From Squalus acanthias (lineage: Eukaryota), in assembly GCA_030390025.1 (NCBI GenBank), contig JASTWF010000359.1:434001-479372 (forward strand): 45,372 bases of DNA, written 5' to 3'. How positions within the stretch are numbered: position 1 is the first letter of the stretch; every line of letters starts with the position of its first letter. Under the pieces are notes generated by a model that was given only the letters and a program-made list of their open reading frames with translations, did not search any database and was not told the DNA's origin. Position numbers and translations under genes: made by a program. Of the stretch, positions 22,201-35,776 are shown piece after piece.

Positions 22201-25200
22201 AGGAGAGGAGAGAGAAACCAACCGTACCCCAGTGAGAGTCAGCACCTTCAGGAGAGGAGAGAGAAACCAACCGTACCCCAGGGAGAGTCAGCACCTTCAG
22301 GAGAGGAGAAACCAACCGTACCCCAGTGAGAGTCAGCACCTTCAGGAGAGGAGAAACCAACCGTACCCCAGTGAGAGTCAGCACCTTCAGGAGAGGAGAG
22401 AAACCAACCGTACCCCAGTGAGAGTCAGCACCTTCAGGAGAGGAGAGAGAAACGAACCGTACCCCAGTGAGAGTCAGCACCTTCAGGAGAGGAGAAACCA
22501 ACCGTACCCCAGTGAGAGTCAGCACCTTCAGGAGAGGAGAGAGAATCCAACCGTACCCCAGTGAGAGTCAGCACCTTCAGGAGAGAGAGAAACCAACTGT
22601 ACCCCAGTGAGAGTCAGCACCTTCAGGAGAGGAGAGAGAATCCAACCGTACCCCAGTGAGAGTCAGCACCTTCAGGAGAGGAGAGAAACCAACCGTACCC
22701 CAGTGAGAGTCAGCACCTTCAGGAGAGGAGAGAGAAACCAACCGTACCCCAGTGAGAGTCAGCACCTTCAGGAGAGGAGAAACCAACCGTACCTCAGGGA
22801 GAGTCAGCATCTTCAGGAGAGGAGAGAGAAACCAACCGTACCCCAGTGAGAGTCAGCACCTTCAGGAGAGAGAGAAACCAACCGTACCTCAGGGAGAGTC
22901 AGCATCTTCAGGAGAGGAGAAACCAACCGTACCCCAGTGAGAGTCAGCACCTTCAGGAGAGGAGAGAGAATCCAACCGTGCCCCAGTGAGAGTCAGCACC
23001 TTCAGGAGAGGAGAGAGAATCCAACCATACCCCAGTGAGAGTCAGCACCTTCAGGAGAGGAGAGAGAAACCAACCGTACCCCAGTGAGAGTCAGCACCTT
23101 CAGGAGAGGAGAGAGAAACCAACCGTACCCCAGTGAGAGTCAGCACCTTCAGGAGAGAGAATCCAACCGTACCCCAGTGAGAGTCAGCACCTTCAGGAGA
23201 GAGAAACCAACCGTATCCCAGTGAGAGTCAGCACCTTCAGGAGAGGAGAGAGAAACCAACCGTATCCCAGTGAGAGTCAGCACCTTCAGGAGAGAGAGAA
23301 ACCAACCGTACCCCAGGCAGAGTCAGCACCTTCAGGAGAGAGAGAAACCAACCGTACCCCAGTGAGAGTGAGCACCTTCAGGAGAGGAGAAACCAACCGT
23401 ACCCCAGTGAGAGTCAGCACCTTCAGGAGAGGAGAGAGAAACCAACCGTTCCCCAGTGAGAGTCAGCACCTTCAGGAGAGGAGAAACCAACCGTACCCCA
23501 GTGAGAGTCAGCACCTTCAGGAGAGGAGAGAAAAAACAACCGTACCCCAGTGAGAGTCAGCACCTTCAGGGAGAAGAAACCAACCGTACCCCAGTGAGAG
23601 TCAGCACCTTCAGAGAGGAGAGAGAAACCAACCGTACCCCAGTGAGAGTCAGCACCTTCAGGAGAGGAGAGAGAAACCAACCGTACCCCAGTGACAGTCA
23701 GCACCTTCAGGAGAGGAGAGAAACCAACTGTACCCCAGTGAGAGTCAGCACCTTCAGGAAAGGAGAGAGAAACCAACCGTACCCCAGTGAGATTCAGCAC
23801 CTTCAGGAGAGGAGAGAGAAACCAACCGTACCCCAGTGAGAGTCAGCATCTTCAGGAGAGGAGAGAGAAACCAACCGTACCCCAGTGAGAGTCAGCACCT
23901 TCAGGAGAGGAGAAACCAACCGTACCCCAGGGAGAGTCAGCACCTTCAGGAGAGGAGAGAGAAACCAACCGTACCCCAGTGAGAGTCAGCACCTTCAGGA
24001 GAGGAGAAACCAACCGTACCCCAGTGAGAGTCAGCACCTTCAGGAGAGAAGAGAGAAACCAACCGTACCCCAGTGAGAGTCAGCACCTTCAGGAGAGGAG
24101 AAACCAACCGTACCCCAGTGAGAGTCAGCACCTTCAGGAGAGAAGAGAGAAACCAACCGTACCCCAGTGAGAGTCAGCACCTTCAGGAGAGAGAAACCAA
24201 CCATACCCCAGTGAGAGTCAGCACCTTCAGGAGAGGAGAGAGAAACCAACCGTACCCCAGTGAGAGTCAGCACCTTCAGGAGAGGAGAGAGAAACCAACC
24301 GTACCCCACTGAGAGTCAGCACCTTCAGGAGAGGAGAGAGAAACCAACAGTACCCCAGTGAGAGTCAGCACCTTCAGGAGTGGAGAGAGAAACGAACCGT
24401 ACCCCAGTGAGAGTCAGCACCTTCAGGAGAGGAGAAACTAACCGTACCCCAGTGAGAATCAGCACCTTCAGGAGAGGAGAGAGAAACCAACCGTACCCCA
24501 GTGAGAGTCAGCACCTTCAGGAGAGGAGAGAGAAACCAACCGTACCCCAGTGAGAGTCAGCACCTTCAGGAGAGAAGAGAGAAACCAACCGTACCCCAGT
24601 GAGAGTCAGCACCTTCAGGAGAGGAGAAACCAACCGTACCCCAGTGAGAGTCAGCACCTTCAGGAGAGGAGAGAGAAACCAACCGTACCCCAGTGAGAGT
24701 CAGCACCTTCAGGAGAGGAGAAACCAACCGTACCCCAGTGAGAGTCAGCACCTTCAGGAGAGGAGAGAGAAACCAACCGTACCCCAGTGAGAGTCAGCAC
24801 CTTCAGGAGAGGAGAGAGAAACCAACCGTACCCTAGGGAGAGTCAGCACCTTCAGGAGAGGAGAGAGAAACCAAACGTACCCCAGTGAGAGTCAGCACCT
24901 TCAGGAGAGAGAGAAAACAACCGTACCCCAGTGATAGTCAGCACCTTCAGGAGAGGAGAGAGAGAAATAAACCGTACCCCAGTGAGAGTCAGCACCTTCA
25001 GGAGAGGAGAGAAACCAACCGTACCCCAGTGAGAGTCAGCACCTTCAGGAGAGGAGAGAGAAACCAACCGTACCCCAGGGATAGTCAGCACCTTCAGGAG
25101 AGGAGAGAGAATCCAACCGTACCCCAGTGAGAGTCAGCACCTTCAGGAGAGGAGAGAGAAACCAACCGTACCCCAGTGAGAGTCTGCACATTCAGGAGAG

Positions 25201-25706
25201 AGAATCCAACCGTACCCCAGTGAGAGTCAGCACCTTCAGGAGAGAGAAACCAACCGTATCCCAGTGAGAGTCAGCACCTTCAGGAGAGGAGAGAGAAACC
25301 AACCGTACCCCAGTGAGAGTCAGCACCTTCAGGAGAGAGAGAAACCAACCGTAGCCCAGTGAGAGTCAGCACCTTCAGGAGAGGAGAGAGAAACCAACTG
25401 TACCCCAGTGAGGGTCAGCACCTTCAGGAGAGGAGAGAGAAACCAACCGTACCCCAGTGAGAGTCAGCACTTTCAGGAGAGGAGAGAGAAACCAACCGTA
25501 CCCCAGTGAGAGTCAGCACCTTCAGGAGAGGAGAGAGAAACCAACCGTACCCCAGTGAGAGTCATCACCTTCAGGAGAGGAGAAACCAACCGTACCCCAG
25601 TGAGAGTCAGCACCTTCAGGAGAGGAGAGAGAGAAACCAACCGTACCCCAGTGAGAGTCAGCACCTTCAGGAGAGAGAAACCAACCGTACCCCAGGGAGA
25701 ATCAGC
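16223..25706 (+). repeat. Minisatellite with a 43-51 bp unit, roughly 200 copies
   Basis: Constant part AAACCAACCGTACCCCAGTGAGAGTCAGCACCTTCAGG plus a variable AGAG(G)(AG)n purine tract. Confidence 0.98.
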
Positions 25707-25969
25707 TCGATCAGATCCCCACTATCCCACTCCCGCCCGCTGGCCAACACGTGCTTCCCGCCGAGTTCTGTTTCCAGGAGACGGGCGGCAGCCTACAGGC
25801 AAGACCTGCGAGTGAGAAGCTCCACCTTGGAGGCAGCGATCCTGCTCATCCAACCCCTCACTCTAATCAGTAACTGCCAGTCAGTGATGGAATCAGAAGG
25901 ACTTGTGTCGGAAATGTTCGAGGTTCAGTAGTGTAAGGCACACTGCTGAAATGGCATGATTACTGAAAG

Positions 25970-26261
25970 AAAGCAGGCAGGCAACGTGCGCACAGGAAGC
26001 TCCCATAAACAGCAATGTAATAAATGGCCAGGTGGCTTGTTTTGGTGATGTTGGTTAATGGTAATATCTTGGCCAGCACACCGGGGAGAACTCCCCTGCT
26101 ATTGTGCTAATAGTGCTGTGGGATCTTGTGTCTTGTGTCTCACCCTTAGTGTCACACTGAACTATCAGACTAGATCATATGTTTAAGTCCTAGGACTGGG
26201 GTTTGAAACCACAACCCTCTGACTCAGAGGAGAGAGTGCTACCAACTCAGCCACACTGACA
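25970..26261 (-). mobile_element. Older DeuSINE copy with tRNA head and an internal deletion
   Basis: Minus strand reads GTGTCAGTGTGGCTGAGTTGGTAGCACTCTC..TGAGTCAGAGGGTTGTGGTTTCAAACCCC.., then AAGATCCCACAGCACTATT..AGCAGGGGAGTTCTCCCCGGTG..GGGAGCTTCCTGTGCGCAC. Confidence 0.8.
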
Positions 26262-29200
26262 CATCAGCATCGCTGGCTCAATGGCGGAATTTTTATTGTT
26301 CTTTGTTCGGAACATAGGAACAGAAGGAGGCCGTTCAGCCCCTCGAGCCTGTTACATTAGGAACAGGAGGAGGCCATTCAGCCCCCTCGAGCCTGTTACA
26401 TTAGGAACAGGAGGAGGCCATTCAGCCCCTCGAGCCTGTTACATGAGGAACAGGAGGAGGCCATTCAGCCCCTCGAGCCTGTTACATTAGGAACAGGAGG
26501 AGGCCGTTCAGCCCCCTCGAGCCTGTTACATTAGGAACAGGAGGAGGCCGTTCAGCCCCTCGAGCCTGTTACATTAGGAACAGGAGGAGGCCATTCAGCC
26601 CCCTCGAGCCTGTTACATTAGGAACAGGAGGAGGCCATTCAGCCCCCTCGAGCCTGTTACATTAGGAACAGGAGGAGGCCATTCAGCCCCCTCGAGCCTG
26701 TTACATTAGGAACAGGAGGAGGCCATTCAGCCCCTCGAGCCTGTTACATGAGGAACAGGAGGAGGCTATTCAGCCCCTCGAGCCTGTTACATTAGGAACC
26801 AGAGGAGGCCGTTCAGCCCCCTCGAGCCTGTTACATTAGGAACAGGAGGAGGCCGTTCAGCCCCTCGAGCCTGTAACATTAGGAACAGGAGGAGGCCATT
26901 CAGCCCCCTAGAGCCTGTTACATTAGGAACAGGAGGAGGCCATTCAGCCCCCTCGAGCCTGTTACATTAGGAACAGGAGGAGGCTGTTCAGCCCCCTCGA
27001 GCCTGGTACATTAGGAACGAGAGGAGGCCATTCAGCCCCCTCGAGCCTGTTACATTAGGAACAGGAGTGGGCCATTCAGCCCCTCGAGCCTGTTACATTA
27101 GGAACAGAAGGAGGCCATTCAGCCCCTCGAGCCTGTTACATTAGGAACAGGAGGAGGCCATTCAGCCCCTCGAGCGTGTTACATTAGGAACAGGAGGAGG
27201 CCATTCAGCCTCATCGAGCCTGTTACATTAGGAACAGGAGGAGTCCATTCAGCCCCCTCGAGCCTGTTACATTAGGAACAGGAGGAGACCATTCAGCCCC
27301 TCAAGCCTGTTACATTAGGAACAGAAGGAGGCCATTCAGTCCCCTCGAGCCTGTTACATTAGGAACAGGAGGAGGCCATTCAGCCCCTCGAGCCTGTTAC
27401 ATTAGGAACAGGAGGAGGCCATTCAGCCCCTCGAGCCTGTTACATTAGGAATAGGAGGAGGCACATTCTGCCCCTCGAGCCTGTTACATTAGGAACAGGA
27501 GGAGGCCATTCAGCTCCTGGAGCCTGTTACGTTAGGAACAGGAGGAGGCCGTTCAGCTCCCTTGAGCCTGTTACAATAGGAACAGGAGGAGGCCATTCAG
27601 CCCCTCGAGCTTGTTAAATGAGGAACAGGAGGAGGCCATTCAGCCCCTCGAGCCTGTTACATTAGGAACAGAAGGAGGCCATTCATCCCCTCGAGCCTGT
27701 TACATTAGGAACAGGAGGAGGCCATTCAGCCCCTCGAGCGTGTTACATTAGGAACAGGACGAGGCCATTCAGCCTCCTCGAGCCTGTTACATTAGGAACA
27801 GGAGGACGCCATTCAGCCCCCTCGAGACTGTTACATTAGGAACAGGAGGAGGCCATTCAGCCCCTCGAGCCTGTTGCATTAGGAACAGAAGGAGGCCATT
27901 CAGTCCCCTCGAGCCTGTTACATTAGGAACAGGAGAAGGCCATTCAACCACTCGAGCCTGTTACATTAGGAACAGGAGGAGGCCATTCAGCCCCTCGAGC
28001 CTGTTACATTAGGAACAGGAGGAGGCCATTCAGCCTCCTCGAGCCTGTTACATTAGGAATAGGAGGAGGCCCATTCAGCCCTTCGAGCCTGTTACATTAG
28101 GAACAGGAGCAGGCCATTCAGCCCCTCGAGCCTGTTACATTAGGAACAGGACGAGGCCATTCAGCCCCTCGAGCCTGTTACATTAGGAACAGGAGGAGGC
28201 CATTCAGCGCCTCAAGCCTGTTACATTAGGAACAGGAGGAGGCCATTCAGCCCCTCGAGACTGTTACATTAGGAACAGGAGGAGGCCATTCAGCCCCTCG
28301 AGCCTGTTACATTAGGAACAGAAGGAGGTCATTCAGCCCCTCTCGAGCCTTTTACATTAGGAACGGGAGGAGGCCGTTCAGCCCCCTCGAGCCTGTTACA
28401 TTAGGAACAGGAGGAGGCCATTCAGCCCCTCAAGCCTGTTACATTAGGAACAGGAGAAGGCCATTCAGCCCCTCGAGCCTGTTACATTAGGAACAGGAGG
28501 AGGCCGTTCAGCCCGTCGAGCCTGTTACATTAGGAACAGGAGGAGGCCATTCAGCCCCTCGAGCCTGTTACATTAGGAACAGGAGGAGGCCATTCAGCCC
28601 CTCGAGCCTGTTACATTACGAACAGCAGGAGGCCATTCTGCCCCCTCGAGCCTGTTACATTAGGAACAGGAGGAGGTCATTCAGCCCTTCGACCCTGTTA
28701 CACAGGAACAGGAGGAGGCCATTCAGCCCCTCGAGCCTGTTACATTAGGAACAGAAGGAGGCCATTCAGTCCCCTCGAGCCTGTTACATTAGGAACAGGA
28801 GGAGGCCATTCAGCCCCTCGAGCCTGTTACATTAGGAACAGGAGGAGGCCATTCAGCCCCTCGAGCCTGTTACATTAGGAATAGGAGGAGGCACATTCAG
28901 CCCCTCGAGCCTGTTACATTAGGAACAGGAGGAGGCCATTCAGCTCCTGGAGCCTGTTACATTAGGAACAGGAGGAGGCCGTTCAGCTCCCTTGAGCCTG
29001 TTACAATAGGAACAGGAGGAGGCCATTCAGCCCCTCGAGCTTGTTACATGAGGAACAGGAGGAGGCCATTCTGCCCCTCGAGCCTGTTACATTAGGAACA
29101 GAAGGAGGCCATTCATCCCCTCGAGCCTGTTACATTAGGAACAGGAGGAGGCCATTCAGCCCCTCGAGCGTGTTACATTAGGAACAGGACGAGGCCATTC

Positions 29201-32200
29201 AGCCTCCTCGAGCCTGTTACATTAGGAACAGGAGGACGCCATTCAGCCCCCTCGAGCCTGTTACATTAGGAACAGAAGGAGGCCATTCAGTCCCCTCGAG
29301 CCTGTTACATTAGGAACAGGAGGAGGCCATTCAACCACTCGAGCCTGTTACATTAGGAACAGGAGGAGGCCATTCAGCCCCTCGAGCCTGTTACATTAGG
29401 AACAGGAGGAGGCCATTCAGCCTCCTCGAGCCTGTTACATTAGGAATAGGAGGAGGCCCATTCAGCCCCTCGAGCCTGTTACATTAGGAACAGGAGGAGG
29501 CCATTCAGCCCCTCGAGCCTGTTACATCAGGAACAGGACGAGGCCATTCAGCCCCTCGAGCCTGTTACATTAGGAACAGGAGGAGGCCATTCAGCGCCTC
29601 AAGCCTGTTACATTAGGAACAGGAGGAGGCCATTCAGCCACTCGAGACTGTTACATTAGGAACAGGAGGAGGCCATTCAGCCCCTCGAGCCTGTTACATT
29701 AGGAACAGAAGGAGGCCATTCAGCCCCTCTCGAGCCTTTTACATTAGGAACGGGAGGAGGCCGTTCAGCCCCCTCGAGCCTGTTACATTAGGAACAGGAG
29801 GAGGCCATTCAGCCCCTCAAGCCTGTTACATTAGGAACAGGAGGAGGCCATTCAGCCCCTCGAGCCTGTTACATTAGGAACAGGAGGAGGCCATTCAGCC
29901 CCTCGAGCCTGTTACATTACGAACAGCAGGAGGCCATTCTGCCCCCTCGAGCCTGTTACATTAGGAACAGGAGGAGGTCATTCAGCCCTTCGACCCTGTT
30001 ACACAGGAACAGGAGGAGGCCATTCAGCCCCTCGAGCCTGTTACATTAGGAACTGGAGGAGGCCATTCAGCCCCCTCGAGCCTGTTACATTAGGGACAGG
30101 AGGAGGCCCATTCAGCCCCTCGAGCCTGTTACATTAGGAACAGGAGGAGGCCATTCAGCCCCTCGAACCTTTTACATTAGGAACAGGAGGAGGCCATTCA
30201 GACTCATCGAACCTTTTACATTAGGAACAGGAGGAGGCCCATTCAGCACCTCGAGCCTGTTACATTAGGAACAGGAGGGGGCCCATTCAGCCCCTCGAGC
30301 CTGTTACATTAGGAACAGGAGGTGGCCATTCAGCCCCTCGAACCTGTAACATTAGGAACAGGAGGAGGCCCATTCAGCCCATCGAGTCTATTACATTAGG
30401 AACAGGAGGAGGCCATTCAGCCCCCTTCGAGCCTGTAACTTTAGGAACAGGAGGAGGCCATTCAGCCCCCTCGAGCCTGTTACATTAGGAACAGGAGGAG
30501 GCCATTCAGCCCCTCGAACCTTTTACATTAGGAACAGGAGGAGGCCATTCAGCCCCTCGAACCTTTTACATTAGGAACAGGAGGAGGCCGTTCAGCCCCC
30601 CTCGAGCATGTTACAATAGGAACAGGAGGAGGCCATTCAGCCCCCCTCGAGCTTGTTACTTTAGGAACAGGAGGAGGCCATTCAGCCCCTCGAGCTTGTA
30701 ACAATAGGAACAGGAGGAGGCCGTTCAGTCCCTCGAGCCGGTTACATTAGGAACAGGAGGAGGCCATTCAGCCCCATCGAGCCTGTTACATTAGGAGCAG
30801 GAGGAGGCCATTCAGCCCCCTCGAGCCTGTTACACAGGAACAGGAGGAGGCCATTCAGCCCCTCGAGCCTGTTACATTAGGAGCAGGAGGAGGCCATTCA
30901 GCCCCCTCGAGCCTGTTACACAGGAACAGGAGGAGGCCATTCAGCCCCCTCGAGCCTGTTACACAGGAACAGGAGGAGGCCATTCAGCCCCTCGAGCCTG
31001 TTACACGGGAACAGGAGGAGGCCATTCAGCCCCTCGAGCCTGTTACACAGGAACAGGAGGAGGCCATTCAGCCCCTAAAGCCTGTTACATTAGGAACAGG
31101 AGGAGGCCATTCAGACTCATCGAGCCTGTTACATTAGGAACAGGAGGAGGCCATTCAGCCCCTCGAGCCTGTTACATTAGGAACAGGAGGAGGCCATTCA
31201 GCCCCCTCAAGCCTGTTACATTAGGAACAGGAGGAGGTCATTCAGCCCTTCGAGCCTGTTACACAGGAACAGGAGGAGGCCATTCAGCCCCTCGAGCCTG
31301 TTACATTAGGAACAGGAGGAGGCCATTCAGCCCCCTCGAGCCTGTTACATGAGGAACAGGAGGAGGCCATTCAGCACCCCTCGAGCCTGTTACATTAGGA
31401 ACAGGAAGAGGCCCATTCAGCCCCTTGAGCCTGTTACATTAGGAACAGGAGGAGGCCATTCAGCCCCTCGAACCTTTTACATTAGGAACAGGAGGAGGCC
31501 ATTCAGCCCCTCGAACCTTTTACATTAGGAACAGGAGGAGGCCGTTCAGCCCCTCGAGCCTGTTACACAGGAACAGGAGGAGGCCATTCAGCCCCTCGAG
31601 CCTGTTACATTAGGAACAGGAGGTGGCCATTCAGCCCCTCGAGCCTGTTACACAGGAACAGGAGGAGGCCATTCAGCCCCTCGAGCCTGTTACATTAGGA
31701 ACAGGAGGTGGCCATTCAGCCCCTCGAACCTGTTACATTAGGAACAGGAGGAGGCCATTCAGCCCCATCGAACCTGTTACATTAGGAACAGGAGGAGGCC
31801 CATTCAGCCCATCGAGTCCATTACATTAGGAACAGGAGGAGGCCATTCAGCCCCCTTCGAGCCTGTTACATTAGGAACAGGAGGAGGCCATTCAGCCCCC
31901 TCGAGCCTGTTACATTAGGAACAGGAGGAGGCCATTCAGCCCCCTCGAGCATGTTACATTAGGAACAGGAGGAGGCCATTCAGCCCCCCTCGAGCTTGTT
32001 ACATTAGGAACAGGAGGAGGCCATTCAGCCCCTCGAGCCTGTTACATTAGGAACAGGAGGAGGCCGTTCAGTCCCTCGAGCCTGTTACATTAGGAACAGG
32101 AGGAGGCCATTCAGCCCCCTCGAGCCTGTTACATTAGGAACAGGAGGAGGCCATTCAGCCCCTCGAGCCTGTTACATTAGGAGCAGGAGGAGGCCATTCA

Positions 32201-32227
32201 GCCCCCTCGAGCCTGTTACACAGGAAC

Positions 32228-32558
32228 TGCGTGTCTGCGTGGGTTTCCTCCGGGTGCTCCGGTTTCCTCCCACAGTCCAAAAATGTGCGGGTTAGGTTGA
32301 TTTGGCTATGATAAATTGACCCTTAGTGTTAGGGGGGGATTAAATATGTGGGGTTATGGGGATAGGATGGGATATGTTAGGGGGAATTAAATACGTGGGG
32401 TTACGGGGGTAGGGTGGGATATGTGTACTGTGGGGATTAAAGCAGGGACAGGGTATTGGATTTGGATGATCAGCCATGATCGTATTGAATGGTGGAGCAG
32501 GCTCGACGGGCCGAATGGCCTACTCCTGCTCCTAGATTCTATGTTTCTATGTTTCTAT
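32228..32558 (+). mobile_element. 5'-truncated HE1/V-SINE-like insertion with CR1-type 3' tail (copy 1)
   Basis: V-domain motif GTCTGCGTGGGTTTCCTCCGGGTGCTCCGGTTTCCTCCCACAGTCCAAA. Tail GATCAGCCATGATC..GGGCCGAATGGCCTACTCCTGCTCCT..(TTCTATGT)n. Flanked by GAAC on both sides. Confidence 0.85.
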
Positions 32559-35500
32559 GAACAGGAGGAGGCCATTCAGCCCCTCGAGCCTGTTACACGG
32601 GAACAGGAGGAGGCCATTCATCCCCCTCGAGCCTGTTACACAGGAACAGGAGGAGGCCATTCAGCCCCTCGAGCCTGTTACATTAGGAACATAAGGAGGC
32701 CATTTAGCCCCTCGACCCTGTTACATTAGGAACAGGAGGAGGCCATTCAGCCCCTCGAGCCTGTTACATTACGTACAGGAGGAGGCCATTCAGCCCCTCA
32801 AGCCTGTTACATTAGGAACAGGAGGAGGCCATTCAGCCCCTCGAGCCTGTTACATTAGGAACAGGAGGAGGCCATTCAGCCCCTCGAGCCTGTTACATTA
32901 AGAACAGGAGGAGGCCGTTCAGCCACTCGAGACTGTTACATTAGGAACAGGAGGAGGCCATTCAGCCCCTCGAGCCTGTTACATTACGAACAGGAGGAGG
33001 TCATTCAGCCCTTCGAGCCTGTTACACAGGAACAGGAGGAGGCCATTCAGCCCCTCGAGCCTGTTACATTAGGAACTGGAGGAGGCCATTCAGCCCCCTC
33101 GAGCCTGTTACATGAGGAACAGGAGGAGGCCATTCAGCACCCCTCGAGCCTGTTACATTAGGAACAGGAGGAGGCCCGTTCAGCCCCTCGAGCCTGTTAC
33201 ATTAGGAACAGGAGGAGGCCATTCAGCCCCTCGAACCTTTTACTTTAGGAACAGGAGGAGGCCATTCAGACCCTCGAACCTTTTACATTAGGAACAGGAG
33301 GAGGCCATTCAGCCTCATCGAACCTTTTACATTAGGAACAGGAGGAGGCCCATTCAGCACCTCGAGCCTGTTACATTAGGAACAGGAGGGGGTCCATTCA
33401 GCCCCTCGAGCCTGTTACATTAGGAACAGGAGGTGGCCATTCAGCCCCTCGAACCTGTTACATTAGGAACAGGAGGAGGCCATTCAGCCCCATCGAACCT
33501 GTTACATTAGGAACTGGAGGAGGCCATTCAGCCCCCTTCGAGCCTGTAACATTAGGAACAGGAGGAGGCCATTCAGCCCCCTCGAGCATGTTACATTAGG
33601 AACAGGAGGAGTCCATTCAGCCCCCCTCGAGCTTATTACTTTAGGAACAGGAGGAGGCCATTCAGCCCCTCGAGCCTGTTACATTAGGAACAGGAGGAGG
33701 CCCATTCAGCCCATCGAGTCTATTACATAAGGAACAGGAGAAGGCCATTCAGCCCCCTTCGAGCCTGTTACATTAGGAACAGGAGGAGGCCATTCAGCCC
33801 CCTCGAGCCTGTTACATTAGGAACAGGAGGAGGCCATTCAGCCCCCCTCGAGCATGTTACATTAGGAACAGGTGGAGGCCATTCAGCCCCCCTCGAGCAT
33901 GTTACATTAGGAACAGGTGGAGGCCATTCAGCCCCCTCGAGCCTGTTACATTAGGAACAGGAGGAGGCCATTCAGCCCCTCGAGTCTGTTACATTAGGAA
34001 CAGGAGGAGGCCGTTCAGTCCCTCGCGCCTGTTACATTAGGAACAGGAGGAGGCCATTCAGCCCCTCGAGCCTGTTACATTAGGAAAAGGAGGAGGCCAT
34101 TCAGCCCCTCGAGCCTGTTACACGGGAACAGGAGGAGGCCATTCATCCCCCTCGAGCCTGTTACATTAGGAACAGGAGGAGGCCATGCAGCCCCTCGACC
34201 CTGTTACATTAGGAACAGGAGGAGGCCATGCAGCCCCTCAAGCCTGTTACATTAGGAACAGGAGGAGGCCAATCAGCCCCTCGAGCCTGTTACATTAGGA
34301 GCAGAAGGAGGCCATTCAGCCCCTCGAGCCTGTTACATTAGGAACAGGAGGAGGCCATTCAGCCCCTCGAGCCTGTTACATTAGGAACAGGAGGAGGCCA
34401 TTCAGCCCCTCGAGCCTGTTACATTAGGAGCAGAAGGAGGCCATTCAGCCCCTCGAGCCTGTTACATTAGGAACAGGAGGAGGCCATTCAGCCCCTCGAG
34501 CCTGTTACATTAGGAACAGGAGGAGGCCCATTCAGCCCCTCGAGCCTGTTACATTAGGAACAGGAGGAGGCCATTCAGCCCCTCGAGCCTGTTACACAGG
34601 AACAGGAGGAGGCCATTCAGCCCCTCAAGCCTGTTACATTAGGAACAGGAGGAGGCCATTCAGACTCATCGAGCCTGTTACATTAGGAACAGGAGGAGGC
34701 CATTCAGCCCCTCGAGCCTGTTACATTAGGAACAGGAGGAGGCCATTCAGCCCCCTCAAGCCTGTTACATTAGGAACAGGAGGAGGTCATTCAGCCCTTC
34801 GAGCCTGTTACACAGGAACAGGAGGAGGCCATTCAGCCCCTCGAGCCTGTTACATTAGGAACAGGAGGAGGCCATTCAGCCCCCTCGAGCCTGTTACATG
34901 AGGAACAGGAGGAGGCCATTCAGCACCCCTCGAGCCTGTTACATTAGGAACAGGAAGAGGCCCATTCAGCCCCTCGAGCCTGTTACATTAGGAACAGGAG
35001 GAGGCCATTCAGCCCCTCGAACCTTTTACATTAGGAACAGGAGGAGGCCATTCAGCCCCTCGAACCTTTTACATTAGGAACAGGAGGAGGCCGTTCAGCC
35101 CCTCGAGCCTGTTACACAGGAACAGGAGGAGGCCATTCAGCCCCTCGAGCCTGTTACATTAGGAACAGGAGGTGGCCATTCAGCCCCTCGAGCCTGTTAC
35201 ACAGAAACAGGAGGAGGCCATTCAGCCCCTCGAGCCTGTTACATTAGGAACAGGAGGTGGCCATTCAGCCCCTCGAACCTGTTACATTAGGAACAGGAGG
35301 AGGCCATTCAGCCCCATCGAACCTGTTACATTAGGAACAGGAGGAGGCCCATTCAGCCCATCGAGTCCATTACATTAGGAACAGGAGGAGGCCATTCAGC
35401 CCCCTTCGAGCCTGTTACATTAGGAACAGGAGGAGGCCATTCAGCCCCCTCGAGCCTGTTACATTAGGAACAGGAGGAGGCCATTCAGCCCCCTCGAGCA

Positions 35501-35776
35501 TGTTACATTAGGAACAGGAGGAGGCCATTCAGCCCCCCTCGAGCTTGTTACATTAGGAACAGGAGGAGGCCATTCTGCCCCTCGAGCCTGTTACATTAGG
35601 AACAGGAGGAGGCCGTTCAGTCCCTCGAGCCTGTTACATTAGGAACAGGAGGAGGCCATTCAGCCCCCTCGAGCCTGTTACATTAGGAACAGGAGGAGGC
35701 CATTCAGCCCCTCGAGCCTGTTACATTAGGAGCAGGAGGAGGCCATTCAGCCCCCTCGAGCCTGTTACACAGGAAC

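Noticed and set aside
16103..25931. Many short ORFs (MRVSTFRRGERNQPYPSESQHLQ..)
   Set aside because: They are translations of the minisatellite, with frames shuffled by GA-tract length.
25760..25940. Possible exon between arrays 2 and 3 (TTCTGTTTCCAG acceptor-like site, GTAAG donor-like site)
   Set aside because: All three + frames hit stops before the donor, the minus frames that I checked are also closed, and the peptides are unrecognised.
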